Numbered from the stretch's first letter, positions 30,120 through 40,617 are shown. The stretch: DNA of 64,000 nt from Hyphomicrobiales bacterium (GCA_013911885.1 JACESI010000005.1:150795-214794), one strand, 5' to 3'. Program-made: numbers and translations. Notes: generated from the letters alone by a model not told the origin.

Positions 30120-30608
30120 ATGGATATCATTCAAAACACCGATGAGCGGGCAATTCGTCAGCACGCGGCCTCCGCCTCGCATCTTGCCATGGAAACGCTG
30201 TTTGCCACGTGCCTCAAGATCGTGGCGATCTTCGTTCTTATGTTGAGCATAATCGTCTGGTCGCGCGTTCTCGGATATCACTCGCCGGATATTCAGGCGG
30301 TGTTCGCAGCCGATCATGTCGCGGGGCTTCTTCTGGGCGCGCTCGCAATCTTGATGCCGGTGCTGAGTGTCGGGCTCTGGCTGCAAATGAGTTGGGGCCT
30401 GATCCTGTGGGCGATGATCGGCGGCGGCCTCGTCTTGATGAATGCTTTCTTCACCGCCATTCCAACTGAGATTTACATATTCGGTCTGATTTTCGGACTT
30501 CTTTTCATTGCCTACTGCGCCGCCCTTGCGGTTCATGCCTGGTACCTGACCATGAGCCATAAGCGCGAACGCGCCAGGGAACTGGAATTATCGCCCTCGG
30601 ACCAGTAG
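30120..30608 (+). CDS. Hypothetical integral membrane protein
   Basis: 162-aa ORF with four predicted TM helices and a charged C-terminus. I assign no function. Confidence 0.55.
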   Translation: MDIIQNTDERAIRQHAASASHLAMETLFATCLKIVAIFVLMLSIIVWSRVLGYHSPDIQAVFAADHVAGLLLGALAILMPVLSVGLWLQMSWGLILWAMIGGGLVLMNAFFTAIPTEIYIFGLIFGLLFIAYCAALAVHAWYLTMSHKRERARELELSPSDQ

Positions 30609-30752
30609 ATTCATGTTCTATTTAATATAGTTTTCGTATATCCGGATTCTCGATAAATTAACCGATAGTTTTAAGCCGATTTTATTTGCACTCGCGTAGT
30701 CTGCCTTCAATCAAGATGCCAAAGAGCGTCAACAGGTGGAAGGTGCAAACAC

Positions 30753-31265
30753 ATGAGTAACATGATCGGAAAAGCCGAAGTCAGCCGCAGCGTTGAAAGT
30801 GTTGAAGACGTTCGCCCACATTATCTTGAGGCCTTGCGCCTGGTCGAGCGGCTGCATCGTCGGCTCCTCGATGTCATCAAGGATGAATTTGATCGCAATG
30901 GCCGCGCGGATGTCAACAGCGTTCAGGCGTTGCTGCTCTTCAACATCGGAGACTCGGAACTGACCGCAGGCGAACTGCGCACCCGTGGCTATTATCTCGG
31001 ATCAAACGTCTCCTACAACCTGAAGAAACTGGTTGAGGCAGGTTACATCTCGCACCAGCGTTCCCGCATGGATCGTCGCTCGGTACGCGTCAGCCTGACT
31101 GACAAAGGGGCCGATATCGCGAAAATCGTCAAGGACCTTTATGAGCGTCACACGAAGTCAATCGAGAAAGTCGGCGGGATTGGTTCCGAGGAATTCGAAA
31201 ACCTGAACAAATCCCTGATCCGTCTCGAGCGTTTCTGGACCGACCAGATCCTTTATCGCCTTTAG
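30753..31265 (+). CDS. ldtR: MarR-family transcriptional regulator (LdtR-like by synteny)
   Basis: 170-aa winged-helix ORF (LLFNIGDSELTAGELRTRGYYLGSNVSYNLKKLVEAGYISHQRSRMDRRSVRVSLT), immediately upstream of an L,D-transpeptidase gene as in the Liberibacter/Sinorhizobium ldtR-ldtP pair. The symbol rests on synteny only. Confidence 0.65.
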   Translation: MSNMIGKAEVSRSVESVEDVRPHYLEALRLVERLHRRLLDVIKDEFDRNGRADVNSVQALLLFNIGDSELTAGELRTRGYYLGSNVSYNLKKLVEAGYISHQRSRMDRRSVRVSLTDKGADIAKIVKDLYERHTKSIEKVGGIGSEEFENLNKSLIRLERFWTDQILYRL

Positions 31266-31323
31266 GTCGTTTAAGGTCAGACGCGCCATATCGGCGGACA
31301 AGTCATCGCGAAAAGTACGAATC

Positions 31324-31352
31324 AAAGCCCCGACTGTGTCGGGGCTTTTTGT
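31324..31352 (+). terminator. Rho-independent terminator after the MarR gene
   Basis: AAAGCCCCGAC-tgtg-TCGGGGCTTTTTGTTT. Confidence 0.75.
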
Positions 31353-31548
31353 TTGACTTCTGCTCTGTGCCTTCACTCAAGGTAGTTAGTGGTCGAACCG
31401 CGCCTGGTTGCGACCGTCTTTCTGTTACATTTTGATAACGAAACGGGAAAAAACGATAACAATCCGGTGACAGGCGGAACAACATGCTGCATCTGCGAAT
31501 TGTCGGGTTGGAATGGGTGTGATAATCCCTATCTTCTTCACAGATTGC

Positions 31549-31572
31549 ACACATTTCATGTGTTAAACACAT
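31549..31572. promoter_or_regulatory. ACACAT/ATGTGT triple motif upstream of the L,D-transpeptidase gene (candidate operator)
   Basis: ACACATttcATGTGTtaaACACAT, 33-56 nt upstream of the GTG start at 31605. Confidence 0.3.
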
Positions 31573-31604
31573 CATTAACCAAATCAGTCATCGGGAGCGA
31601 ACGG

Positions 31605-32876
31605 GTGTTCGATAGATTTTCACGGCGCACTTTCTTGGCCGCTGCGGGTGCGGCACTGGTCGGCACCAGTCTGGCGCGGGCTCAGGCGATTTCCCAGCCA
31701 GTTTATGCGGCCTCGGATGACGCCCTCGGATTGTTACCGGAAGGAAACAGCGCCGAATGGTCTGATGGATTTGATTCATTTTCGAAAGCCCGACAGGTTC
31801 GCAGCTTCGATCCGACCCTCTCAGTGTCCGCGGTCAGCGACGTCGAGCGTGCCCTTGGCGAGTATAGTCAGATCGTGAACAGCGGCGGCTGGAACGTTGT
31901 TCCGGTGGGCCAGCCCCTGCGGCTCGGCGCGCGCGGCAGCAACGTCCTGGCCTTGCGCCAGCGCCTTGCGAAGTCAAACGATCTCGATTCGAATGTCACC
32001 GGTTCGGATGTGTTCGATTCTTATGTCGAGGCGGCAGTCAAAAACTTCCAGGCGCGTCATGGGATGGCGGTTGACGGCGTGATCGGTGCACTCACCCTTT
32101 CCGCGATGAATATTCCGGCGGATATGCGCTACCGCCAGCTTGAAACCAATCTGGTGCGTCTGCGCTCCTTGTCCGGGTTCCTCGGTCAGCGCTTCGTCAT
32201 GGTCAATGTTCCGGCTGCCGAAATCGAGACAGTTGAGAACAACCGCGTCTATTTGCGCCACACAGCCGTCGTCGGCAAGATCGACCGTCAGACACCGATC
32301 CTGAACAGCAGGATTCATCAGGTCAATTTCAATCCCTACTGGACGGTTCCGGCAAGCATCATCCGCAAGGATCTTATCCCGATCATGCAGAAGGAACCGA
32401 ATTACCTCACCGAACACACGATTCGCATCTATGCACCCGATGGCCGTGAGCTTAGTCCGAGTGAGGTCAACTGGAATAGTGACGAGGCGATCAATTATCG
32501 GTTCCGTCAGGACCCGGGCGAGAACAACTCGCTCGGTCAGATGCGGATCAACTTTGACAATCCGCATCAGGTCTATCTTCACGATACGCCGAACAAGAAC
32601 CTCTTCGGCAAGGAAGTGCGGTTCCATTCATCGGGTTGCGTGCGCGTTCAGAACGTGCGCGAATTTGTGCAGTGGCTGCTTGCGGAAAATGCTGGCTGGG
32701 ACCGGGCGCATATTGATGAAGTCATCCGCTCGAATGAGAGGATCGACGCGAACCTTCTCAATCCCGTGCCGCTCTATCTGACCTATATTACCGCATGGTC
32801 GACGCCGGCAGGTGTCGTGCATTTCCGGGATGACATTTATGATCGCGACGGTCTTGGCCCCATCGCGCTTCGCTGA
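31605..32876 (+). CDS. L,D-transpeptidase (YcbB-like) with a peptidoglycan-binding domain and a Tat-type signal
   Basis: ORF 31389..32876. The GTG at 31605 follows GGGAG and gives VFDRFSRRTFLAAAGAALVGTSLARA (twin-arginine). The PG-binding repeat is LRQRLAKSNDL...AVKNFQARHGMAVDGVIG and the YkuD catalytic motif is HDTPNKNLFGKEVRFHSSGCVRV. Confidence 0.85.
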   Translation: MFDRFSRRTFLAAAGAALVGTSLARAQAISQPVYAASDDALGLLPEGNSAEWSDGFDSFSKARQVRSFDPTLSVSAVSDVERALGEYSQIVNSGGWNVVPVGQPLRLGARGSNVLALRQRLAKSNDLDSNVTGSDVFDSYVEAAVKNFQARHGMAVDGVIGALTLSAMNIPADMRYRQLETNLVRLRSLSGFLGQRFVMVNVPAAEIETVENNRVYLRHTAVVGKIDRQTPILNSRIHQVNFNPYWTVPASIIRKDLIPIMQKEPNYLTEHTIRIYAPDGRELSPSEVNWNSDEAINYRFRQDPGENNSLGQMRINFDNPHQVYLHDTPNKNLFGKEVRFHSSGCVRVQNVREFVQWLLAENAGWDRAHIDEVIRSNERIDANLLNPVPLYLTYITAWSTPAGVVHFRDDIYDRDGLGPIALR

Positions 32877-32915
32877 TTTTGCAAGGAGCTGAGGAATCGG
32901 GCACCCTCATACGAA

Positions 32916-33179
32916 GTGCGCTCAAAGGGGTATGGCGTGGGTGACGGGACTTTTCTGATCGAATTTCTGCAAATCGGACCGCAGATAAAAGTAACCGCGA
33001 TAGACCCTGATTCCGGCATCGAGGTGTCGATCATCGCCCCGTTATCAGCAAGTAAGGCTGAGATGTCCCGTGTCGCTGCCAATAAGCTGAAACGCCGGAT
33101 CGCAAAGCTCGCCGAAAGTCAGGACGAAAAGCCCCTTCCATCAGAGGGTGGAGATTCCCGTGGCGGCTTGTTGATCTGA
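32916..33179 (+). CDS. Small conserved hypothetical protein upstream of glyA
   Basis: 87-aa ORF (...FLIEFLQIGPQIKVTAIDPDSGIEVSIIAPLSASKAEMSRVAANKLKRRI). It resembles a small family commonly found next to glyA in Rhizobiales. The start is uncertain. Confidence 0.5.
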   Translation: MRSKGYGVGDGTFLIEFLQIGPQIKVTAIDPDSGIEVSIIAPLSASKAEMSRVAANKLKRRIAKLAESQDEKPLPSEGGDSRGGLLI

Positions 33180-33458
33180 GCTATCGTCTGCCTTTGCCAC
33201 CCGGAGCAGAGATGGCCACGCTGCGGCGATCCTGTAAAACAGAAACTTCAAACTGAGCGCGCCGACACACAGCACTGTTGGTCTTGGGCCGGAGCTATGA
33301 TAGAGGACCGTCCTCAAAGCCGCGGTCCGGGATCGGTCGCCTTAGCGGACCAGCGCCAATCTGGTGTTTTGCCGCAAGGGACCTGCCGACCATCCGCGCG
33401 AAATTATGGTATCGTCCGCCGGCAAAAGCTGCTCGCTGCTTTGCTCAGGAAAGAATCG

Positions 33459-34787
33459 ATGGAGACTGGCATGGCCGCATTTGAAAAACCCCACGAAACC
33501 GCTGACCACAAGGCGTTCTTTTCCGATCACATTGCGACGCGTGACCCGCTGGTTGCTGATGCGATCGCGCGGGAGTTCAAGCGTCAGTCCCAGGAAATCG
33601 AACTGATCGCATCGGAAAATATCACATCGCGCGCAGTGCTTGAGGCGCAAGGCTCGGTGATGACCAACAAATATGCCGAGGGCTATCCCGGCAAGCGTTA
33701 TTACGGCGGCTGCCAATATGTCGATATCGTTGAGGAAGCGGCGATTGAGCGAGCGACGCGGCTTTTTTCATGCGGTTTTGCCAATGTCCAGCCAAATTCG
33801 GGAAGCCAGGCCAACCAGGCCGTCATGCTCGCTCTCCTGAAGCCGGGTGACACGATCCTCGGCATGAGCCTCGACGCTGGCGGTCATCTGACCCATGGCG
33901 CAAAGCCCAATCTCTCGGGCAAATGGTTTAATCCCGTCCAATATGGCGTCAGGAAGGACACTGGACATATCGATTATGATCAGGTGCGCTCGCTTGCACA
34001 GGAACACAAGCCGGCTCTCATCATCGCGGGTGGCTCTGCCTATAGCCCGATCATCGACTTTGCAGCATTTCGCACCATTGCCGATGAAGTGGGCGCTTGT
34101 TTTCATGTCGACATGGCGCATTTTGCCGGTCTCGTTGCCGGTGGCGCGCATCCGAGCCCGTTTCCCCACGCTCATGTGGCAACAACGACGACGCACAAGA
34201 CACTGCGTGGTCCGCGCGGCGGCATGGTGCTCACCAATGACGAGGCGATTGCAAAGAAAATCAATTCCGCCGTGTTTCCCGGTCTTCAGGGCGGCCCGCT
34301 GATGCATGTCATCGCGGGCAAGGCGGTTGCCTTCGGCGAGGCGCTCCGGCCTGAATACAAGACCTATATCCGTGCGGTCTGCGACAATGCGAAGGCGCTT
34401 GCAAGCAACCTGAAATCAAATGGATTCGACATTGTCTCCGGCGGTACCGATACGCATCTCATGCTGGTTGATCTGCGACCGAAGGGGCTGACCGGGGCAG
34501 CCGCCGAAAAAGCGCTCGGGCGCGCCAATATCACCTGCAACAAGAACGGCGTTCCGTTCGATCCGGCGCCACCGACGGTAACTTCCGGGATTCGCCTTGG
34601 CACCCCGGCGGCAACCACGCGCGGCTTCGGTGTTGCGGAATTCAAGTTTGTCGGCGATCTCATTACCGAAGTTCTCGATGGCCTGAAAAACAATGGCGAG
34701 GACGGAAATTCGGCGGTTGAAGCGGCAGTGAAGAAAAAAGTGATTGATCTCACCGGGCGTTTCCCGATTTATGGCGATCTTGCATAA
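33459..34787 (+). CDS. glyA: Serine hydroxymethyltransferase
   Basis: ORF 33297..34787. The ATG at 33459 follows AGGAAAGA. Motifs: [37 protein letters not shown]...[14 protein letters not shown]. Confidence 0.95.
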   Translation: METGMAAFEKPHETADHKAFFSDHIATRDPLVADAIAREFKRQSQEIELIASENITSRAVLEAQGSVMTNKYAEGYPGKRYYGGCQYVDIVEEAAIERATRLFSCGFANVQPNSGSQANQAVMLALLKPGDTILGMSLDAGGHLTHGAKPNLSGKWFNPVQYGVRKDTGHIDYDQVRSLAQEHKPALIIAGGSAYSPIIDFAAFRTIADEVGACFHVDMAHFAGLVAGGAHPSPFPHAHVATTTTHKTLRGPRGGMVLTNDEAIAKKINSAVFPGLQGGPLMHVIAGKAVAFGEALRPEYKTYIRAVCDNAKALASNLKSNGFDIVSGGTDTHLMLVDLRPKGLTGAAAEKALGRANITCNKNGVPFDPAPPTVTSGIRLGTPAATTRGFGVAEFKFVGDLITEVLDGLKNNGEDGNSAVEAAVKKKVIDLTGRFPIYGDLA

Positions 34788-34807
34788 ACCACACGGAAAT
34801 CCACCCG

Positions 34808-35302
34808 ATGCGCTGTCCTTTCTGTTCGAGCGATAACACGCAGGTCAAGGATTCGCGCCCGAGCGAAGACAACACCGCGATCCGCCGCCGTCGCATCTGT
34901 GCGGATTGCGGCGGTCGTTTCACAACCTTCGAGCGCGTGCAGCTGCGCGAACTGACCGTGATCAAGCGGTCAGGACGCAGGGTGCCGTTTGATCGCGACA
35001 AGCTCACCCGTTCGGTTCAGGTGGCACTGCGCAAACGCAATGTCGATCCCGAGCGTGTTGACCGCCTGGTCAGTGGCATCGTACGTCAGCTTGAAAGCGC
35101 CGGTGAGGCGGAAATTGCCTCCGATCAGGTCGGCCATCTCATCATGGAACGGCTGAAGGAATTCGACGATGTCGCCTATGTCCGCTTCGCCTCGGTCTAT
35201 CGCAATTTCCGTGAAGCCAAGGATTTCGTGGCCGTCCTCGGCGAACTCGCCCAGGATGAGGAAACAAAACAGGCAATTGACGACAAGGCGGACACCGAGT
35301 GA
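34808..35302 (+). CDS. nrdR: Transcriptional repressor NrdR
   Basis: [44 protein letters not shown] (zinc ribbon) followed by an ATP-cone. Confidence 0.95.
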   Translation: MRCPFCSSDNTQVKDSRPSEDNTAIRRRRICADCGGRFTTFERVQLRELTVIKRSGRRVPFDRDKLTRSVQVALRKRNVDPERVDRLVSGIVRQLESAGEAEIASDQVGHLIMERLKEFDDVAYVRFASVYRNFREAKDFVAVLGELAQDEETKQAIDDKADTE

Positions 35303-36552
35303 CGCCGTGGGGGGTTCAGCGACAAGTGCCGGAAGCAGATGCACCTCCAGAACGGAGCGGGAAACCGCTTTCAGACCCGTATCCGCATGACTATGCGCTG
35401 GAAAATCCGGCTGAAAATGCGGAAACGCTGAGTGCCCTTGATCGCCGTTTTCTGCAATCTGCCATCCATCTTGGCAGGGGCAGGATCGGTCTGACCGCTC
35501 CAAATCCTTCAGTCGGGGCGCTGATTGTGCGATTCGAGGCCAAGGGACCAGTGGTTGTCGGGCGCGGCGTGACCGAGCGCGGCGGCCGGCCGCATGGTGA
35601 GGTCCTGGCTCTGGCCGAGGCGGGAGAGGCCGCTCGTGGTGCGACCTGCTATGTCAGCCTCGAACCCTGCGCCCATTATGGCCATACACCACCCTGCGTC
35701 GATGCGCTGCTTGCCGCCGGCATTGCCCGCGTCGTCATTGCCATGGACGATTCGGACCCGCGCGTTTCAGGCCGGGGAGCGCAAATCCTTGAACAAAACG
35801 GTGTTCGCGTCTTCCGCGATGTTCATCTATCGCTCGCACAGCGCGCCAATCTTGGCCATGTCCGCCGGATCGGATCCGCTCGCCCGGCAGTGCTTTTGAA
35901 AATGGCGATGTCCTCCGATGGCGCAATCGGGCTCGCTGATCGCGCTCCCGGCCAGGGCTTTGTCGCGATCACCGGCGCGGTGTCGTTGCGGTTTGCCCAT
36001 GCGATGCGCGCGCGCGCGGATGCGATCATGGTCGGGGTTGGCACGGTTCTCGCCGACGATCCGAAATTGACCTGTCGATTGCCGGGCATGGCGGATTGGT
36101 CGCCGCTGCGGGTTGTGCTCGACAGCACAGCGCGGATGCCGCTTTCCGCGCGGATGCTGGAAAGCATCGCTGCCACGCCCGTGCGTCTTTATGTAACCGA
36201 TGCTGCGCCTTTAGAGCGGGTGGCTGCGCTTGTTGACAGGGGGGTCGAAGTGATCAGTCTGCCCTCCGAGAATGGCCATGTATCGCTTTCTGGCGTGATG
36301 CGGGATCTTGCTGAGCGCGGATGCACCAATCTCATGGTCGAAGGCGGGCCAACCCTTGCTGCCACCATTCTGGAGCAGGGTTTTGTCGACCGGGCCGCTT
36401 TGTTTCAAAGCCGAACGCCGCTTGGGGATGGAGGGATTGCCGCTCATCCATCAGGCGAGCGGCTGGAAGCGGTGCTTCAGCGGTACGGTTTCACGCTGCA
36501 TGAACGCCTGTCACCGGGTGAGGACAGTCTCATGCTCTGGGACTGCGTCTGA
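35299..36552 (+). CDS. ribD: Bifunctional riboflavin biosynthesis protein RibD (deaminase/reductase)
   Basis: Deaminase motif [10 protein letters not shown]...[16 protein letters not shown], then a reductase domain. The GTG start overlaps the nrdR stop (GTGA). The N-terminal roughly 45 aa are not conserved, so the start is uncertain. Confidence 0.9.
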   Translation: MTPWGVQRQVPEADAPPERSGKPLSDPYPHDYALENPAENAETLSALDRRFLQSAIHLGRGRIGLTAPNPSVGALIVRFEAKGPVVVGRGVTERGGRPHGEVLALAEAGEAARGATCYVSLEPCAHYGHTPPCVDALLAAGIARVVIAMDDSDPRVSGRGAQILEQNGVRVFRDVHLSLAQRANLGHVRRIGSARPAVLLKMAMSSDGAIGLADRAPGQGFVAITGAVSLRFAHAMRARADAIMVGVGTVLADDPKLTCRLPGMADWSPLRVVLDSTARMPLSARMLESIAATPVRLYVTDAAPLERVAALVDRGVEVISLPSENGHVSLSGVMRDLAERGCTNLMVEGGPTLAATILEQGFVDRAALFQSRTPLGDGGIAAHPSGERLEAVLQRYGFTLHERLSPGEDSLMLWDCV

Positions 36553-37199
36553 TGTTTACCGGTCTCATCAGCGATTGCGGGCGCATCATCGCCGTCACCG
36601 AACGGGATGCCGGGCGCCTTTTCAGAATCGCAACCCGCTATGACGCTGCGGAAATAGCCGAGGGCGCATCGATTGCCTGCAACGGCGTTTGCCTGACGGT
36701 GGTCGGCAAATCGGAGGCAGGTCAGCCGCACTGGTTTGAGGTCGAGGCATGGGCGGAGGCGCTCGCGCTGACCAATGCGGCAGATTGGGCGGAAGGCAGC
36801 GTCATCAACCTCGAGCGCTCACTCAAAATGGGCGACGAACTGGGCGGCCATATGGTGAGCGGCCATGTTGACGGCCGGGCAAGGGTTGTCTCTGCAAGCC
36901 GGGAAGGCGAAGCCCGCCGCTTTGTGCTCGAAGCGCCTGATGAACTGATGCGTTACATTGCCCCGAAAGGTTCGATTGCCCTTGATGGCACCTCGCTTAC
37001 CGTGAATGCCGTTGAGGGCAACCGCTTCGATGTGCTTTTGATTCGCCACACGCTCAACGTGACGACCTGGGGTGATATCGTGCCGGGCAAATCGGTCAAT
37101 ATCGAAGTCGACCAGCTCGCCCGCCATGTTGTGCGCCTGCTCGATCATTATCAGAACACCATGGCGGCAAATGCAGGCGGCAAGGCTTCTTCCGATTGA
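36552..37199 (+). CDS. ribE: Riboflavin synthase
   Basis: [12 protein letters not shown]...SIACNGVCLTV...GGHMVSGHVDG...SIALDGTSLTVN, the duplicated lumazine-binding repeats. Confidence 0.9.
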   Translation: MFTGLISDCGRIIAVTERDAGRLFRIATRYDAAEIAEGASIACNGVCLTVVGKSEAGQPHWFEVEAWAEALALTNAADWAEGSVINLERSLKMGDELGGHMVSGHVDGRARVVSASREGEARRFVLEAPDELMRYIAPKGSIALDGTSLTVNAVEGNRFDVLLIRHTLNVTTWGDIVPGKSVNIEVDQLARHVVRLLDHYQNTMAANAGGKASSD

Positions 37200-37277
37200 A
37201 GATGATTATTCTGGACAAGTCCCCATCGCTGTGGTGGATGCTGACACCACGCCGATCCGACAAAGGTAGCGAACCTC

Positions 37278-37739
37278 ATGGCTGACCAAACACCCCATCT
37301 ATTGATCGTCGAGGCCCGCTTTTATGAAGCAATTGCCGACGCACTGAAGGAAGGCGCGATCGAAGCCCTCGAAGCGGCGGGCGCTACTTTCGATGTGATC
37401 GCCGTTCCAGGCGTCCTTGAAATTCCAGGCGCAGTCGCGATTGCGGTCAATGCCATGGACCGTGGCAATGTGGCCTATGATGGTTTTGTCGCCCTTGGTT
37501 GCGTCATCCGCGGAGAGACCACCCATTACGAGATCGTATCAAATGAATCAGCCCGCGCGCTCATGGATATCGGCGTGAGCGAGGCCTTGCCGATCGGCAA
37601 CGGCATCCTGACTGTTGAAAACGAAGCGCAGGCCTGGGCACGGGCCCGCAAGACCGAGAAAAACAAGGGCGGCGAGGCTGCCAGGGCAGCGCTGGCGATG
37701 ATCGGCGTCTGCGAACAATTGCTGGATATGCCGTCATGA
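37278..37739 (+). CDS. ribH: 6,7-dimethyl-8-ribityllumazine synthase
   Basis: 153-aa ORF: [16 protein letters not shown]...[10 protein letters not shown]...[14 protein letters not shown]. Confidence 0.9.
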   Translation: MADQTPHLLIVEARFYEAIADALKEGAIEALEAAGATFDVIAVPGVLEIPGAVAIAVNAMDRGNVAYDGFVALGCVIRGETTHYEIVSNESARALMDIGVSEALPIGNGILTVENEAQAWARARKTEKNKGGEAARAALAMIGVCEQLLDMPS

Positions 37740-38239
37740 TAACGGAAAACGCCAAGCAGACCACCGACCGCAGCGCCTCGCGCCCGGCAAATAAACGCGG
37801 TGTGGCCCGTCTCGCAGCCGTTCAGGCGCTCTACCAGATGGAACTCGGTGGCGCTACCCTGCCACAGGTCGTTGCGGAATATGAAGCAAGCAGGCTCGGT
37901 CAGCTGATTGACGGCGAACAATATCTCGATGCCGATGTGGCTTATTTCCGCGGGATAATGAGCGGTGTCGTGGCAGGCCAGCGCGAGATTGATCCGGAAA
38001 TCCACGGTGCACTCACGCCCGACTGGCCGCTTTCCCGCCTTGATGTCACGGTGCGGGCGATCCTGCGTTGCGGTGTCTATGAACTCAGGGCACGCAAGGA
38101 TGTTCCGGCGCGTGTGATCCTGTCTGAATATGTCGATATCGCCAAGGCCTTTTATGACATTGATGAACCGCGTCTCGTCAATGGTGTGCTCGATCATATC
38201 GCCCGGCTGTATCGCAAGGACGAAGTAGACGGAAAATAG
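37736..38239 (+). CDS. nusB: Transcription antitermination factor NusB
   Basis: 167-aa ORF: [19 protein letters not shown]...ILRCGVYEL...[10 protein letters not shown]. It overlaps the ribH stop. Confidence 0.9.
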   Translation: MITENAKQTTDRSASRPANKRGVARLAAVQALYQMELGGATLPQVVAEYEASRLGQLIDGEQYLDADVAYFRGIMSGVVAGQREIDPEIHGALTPDWPLSRLDVTVRAILRCGVYELRARKDVPARVILSEYVDIAKAFYDIDEPRLVNGVLDHIARLYRKDEVDGK

Positions 38240-38245
38240 CCTGCA

Positions 38246-39235
38246 ATGACGGAAGATATCGGAGAATTTGATCTGATCAGCCGCTATCTGAAGCCGCTCG
38301 TAGCGCTTCCGGGTGCGCTTGCGCTCACAGATGATGCAGCCACGATCAAGGTGCCCGCCAGCAAGCAGCTCATCATGAGCAAGGACGTCCTTGTCGGCAA
38401 TGTTCATTTCTTTGAAAACGATCTGCCCGATCTGATCGCGCGCAAGGCCCTGCGCACGAACATTTCTGATATTATCGCGAAAGGCGCGCATCCATATTGT
38501 TATGCGCTCGGTCTTTGTTTCCCGGGCCAGGCATCCGAAGACTTCATTGCATCCTTCGCCGAGGGGTTGGCCGCCGATCAGGATATATACGGGGTGTCGC
38601 TTATTGGTGGCGATACGACGCGTTCGATTTCCGATCTCATGATCTCGGTCACGATGTTCGGCCTTGCAGGCAAGCGCGGAGCGGTCACACGGCTTGGGGC
38701 GGGGCCAGGTGAGGCGGTTTATGTTTCCGGCACTCTTGGCGGATCCGCCGTTGGCCTCCAAACCCTTCTCGACCGGCCGCGCTTTGAAGGACTGTCAGAA
38801 GTGCTGGTGAGTGACCTTCAGTCCGAATATCTGCTACCGCAGCCGCCATTCGGCCTGCAGAAGATGATCGCAGCCCACGCCTCCGCTTCGATGGATATTT
38901 CCGACGGTCTGTTTCAGGATGCCGGCCATCTCGCGCGGGCAAGCGAGGTTACAATCATCATCGAGCAGGAACAGATTCCGATGAGCACAGCCCTCCAGCT
39001 TGCCCTTGAAAGCGACCCGGATCTGCTTGAGACAGCGCTGAAAGGCGGCGATGACTATCAGTGCCTGATGACAATTCCGCCGGATCATCAGGCGCTTTTC
39101 GAGAGCGACTGCGCCGATGCGGGAATTATGGTGAGCCTTATCGGAAAGACGATCGCTCGGGCGCGCTTGCCCGTGATGTTGCGCCATCATGGCGAGGTGG
39201 TGGAAAATCTTCCGACCGGCTATACCCATTTTTAG
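38246..39235 (+). CDS. thiL: Thiamine-monophosphate kinase
   Basis: 329-aa ORF: GEFDLISRYLKPL...DDAATIKVP...GGDTTRS...SMDISDGL. Confidence 0.9.
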   Translation: MTEDIGEFDLISRYLKPLVALPGALALTDDAATIKVPASKQLIMSKDVLVGNVHFFENDLPDLIARKALRTNISDIIAKGAHPYCYALGLCFPGQASEDFIASFAEGLAADQDIYGVSLIGGDTTRSISDLMISVTMFGLAGKRGAVTRLGAGPGEAVYVSGTLGGSAVGLQTLLDRPRFEGLSEVLVSDLQSEYLLPQPPFGLQKMIAAHASASMDISDGLFQDAGHLARASEVTIIIEQEQIPMSTALQLALESDPDLLETALKGGDDYQCLMTIPPDHQALFESDCADAGIMVSLIGKTIARARLPVMLRHHGEVVENLPTGYTHF

Positions 39236-39276
39236 CGAGCCAGATGCTGTTGATTGTCGGGTGATCTCGCGCCTGA

Positions 39277-40617
39277 ATGTTGCGCAAGGTTGAGGAAAAG
39301 CCGTCAATGACGAATGCCGATGAGAAGGACGGTCAGATAGCGCCAGGCAGCCCGAACGGCCCGAACGGCCCGAACGGCCCGAACGGCCCGAACGGCCCGA
39401 ACGGCCCGAACGGCCCGAACGGCGATGATGCCCGTGCCCTTCACAATATCGTCGTGCTCACACTCGCTCAGTCTTTCAACTATGCACTGGCACCACTTGC
39501 GGTTGCGATCGGGGGATTGACGGGGAGTTATCTTCTTGGGCCCGATAAGACCTTTGCCACGCTGCCGATCACGTGTTTCGTTCTCGGCCCGCTTTTCGGA
39601 GCGCTACCGGCCGCACTACTGATGCGGCGTATCGGGCGGCGCGGCGGGTTCCTGATCGGCTCTGCCCTTGGCTTTTTCGGCTGCCTGTTTGCGACAATCG
39701 CGATCCTTGATGGCTCTTTCACCGGGTTTTGTGCCGCACTCGGCATGATCGGCGTCTCCATTTCCTTTGCCCAGCAATATCGGTTTGCCGCTGCTGATTT
39801 TGGCTCACCGGGCCTGCGCACGCGCGGGCTTTCATGGGTCATGGGGGGAGGGCTGATCGCAGCAGTGCTCGGGCCGCAAACCGCGATCCTTCTCGGGGAT
39901 TATTTTTCACCCATCCTTTTTGCCGGCTCCTATGCAGGCGGCATGGCGCTTTCGCTCATCGGCTTTATCGTGCTTCTGTTCTTGAAGCCTTTGCCGGTTT
40001 CTACCGGGGATACGGCCAAAATCGAAAAGCCCGCTCGCCCTCTCGGGGAAATCGTGCGCCAGCCCTTGTTTTTGACGGCTCTCGCCTGCGCCGGAACGAG
40101 CTACATGTCGATGACGCTCGTCATGACAGCAGCGCCGATTGCGATGATATTCTGCGGCTACTCGCCTGAACAATCGACAACCTCGATCCAGTTTCATGTG
40201 CTGGCGATGTTCGCGCCGAGTTTCTTTACCGGCTCGCTTATTGTTCGGTTCGGCCATGCACCGGTCATCGCCACGGGGCTTATTCTGTTTCTTGTGGCCG
40301 CCGTGATCGGAGCAAGCGGCATTGATCTCAGCCATTTCAGGCTGTCCCTGATCGCTCTCGGCCTTGCCTGGAATTTTGGCTATATCGGCGGCACAAGCCT
40401 TGTCACCAAAACCTATGAACCGCATGAGCGCAGCAAGGTGCAGGGCCTTTTCGACAGTCTCGTGTTTGGCTCGACCGCTCTCATGTCGCTTTTATCCGGT
40501 GTTCTCATCAATGCCGCCGGCTGGCAAAGCGTTCTTGCCATTGTCCTGCCGTTGATAAGCCTTGGCGGTCTTGTTCTGTGGCAGTCACGGGCGCGCTTCC
40601 GGCGGCTTGCAATTTAA
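39277..40617 (+). CDS. MFS transporter with an N-terminal (Pro-Asn-Gly)x8 repeat
   Basis: 446-aa ORF with about 12 TM helices and an MFS loop motif LLMRRIGRRGG. The ATG at 39307 is an alternative start. Confidence 0.8.
   Translation: MLRKVEEKPSMTNADEKDGQIAPGSPNGPNGPNGPNGPNGPNGPNGPNGDDARALHNIVVLTLAQSFNYALAPLAVAIGGLTGSYLLGPDKTFATLPITCFVLGPLFGALPAALLMRRIGRRGGFLIGSALGFFGCLFATIAILDGSFTGFCAALGMIGVSISFAQQYRFAAADFGSPGLRTRGLSWVMGGGLIAAVLGPQTAILLGDYFSPILFAGSYAGGMALSLIGFIVLLFLKPLPVSTGDTAKIEKPARPLGEIVRQPLFLTALACAGTSYMSMTLVMTAAPIAMIFCGYSPEQSTTSIQFHVLAMFAPSFFTGSLIVRFGHAPVIATGLILFLVAAVIGASGIDLSHFRLSLIALGLAWNFGYIGGTSLVTKTYEPHERSKVQGLFDSLVFGSTALMSLLSGVLINAAGWQSVLAIVLPLISLGGLVLWQSRARFRRLAI
39352..39423 (+). 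repeat. Perfect 9-bp tandem repeat (CCGAACGGC)x8, in frame within the MFS gene
   Basis: Eight identical head-to-tail copies read directly from the sequence. They encode PNGPNGPNGPNGPNGPNGPNGPNG. Confidence 0.95.

Noticed and set aside
33180-33458. ZTP (pfl) or another riboswitch in the 280-nt glyA leader
   Set aside because: Hairpins are present (for example GGACCG...CGGTCC), but the conserved ACUGGCG and CCGCCUGGGC elements are not. The closest strings are GACCAGCGCC and CCGCCGGCA. The match is too weak to call.
34808-39235. FMN or TPP riboswitches in the nrdR-ribD-ribE-ribH-nusB-thiL cluster
   Set aside because: Intergenic gaps are 0-78 nt, too short for these elements, and contain no conserved FMN or TPP cores. 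The ACCTGAGA strings at 52230-52260 are part of a 10-bp repeat, not a TPP element.
39352-39423. CRISPR array
   Set aside because: The 9-bp units are directly adjacent with no spacers, lie inside a coding frame, and there are no cas genes in the window. The same reasoning applies to the 13-bp repeats at 12273-12324.
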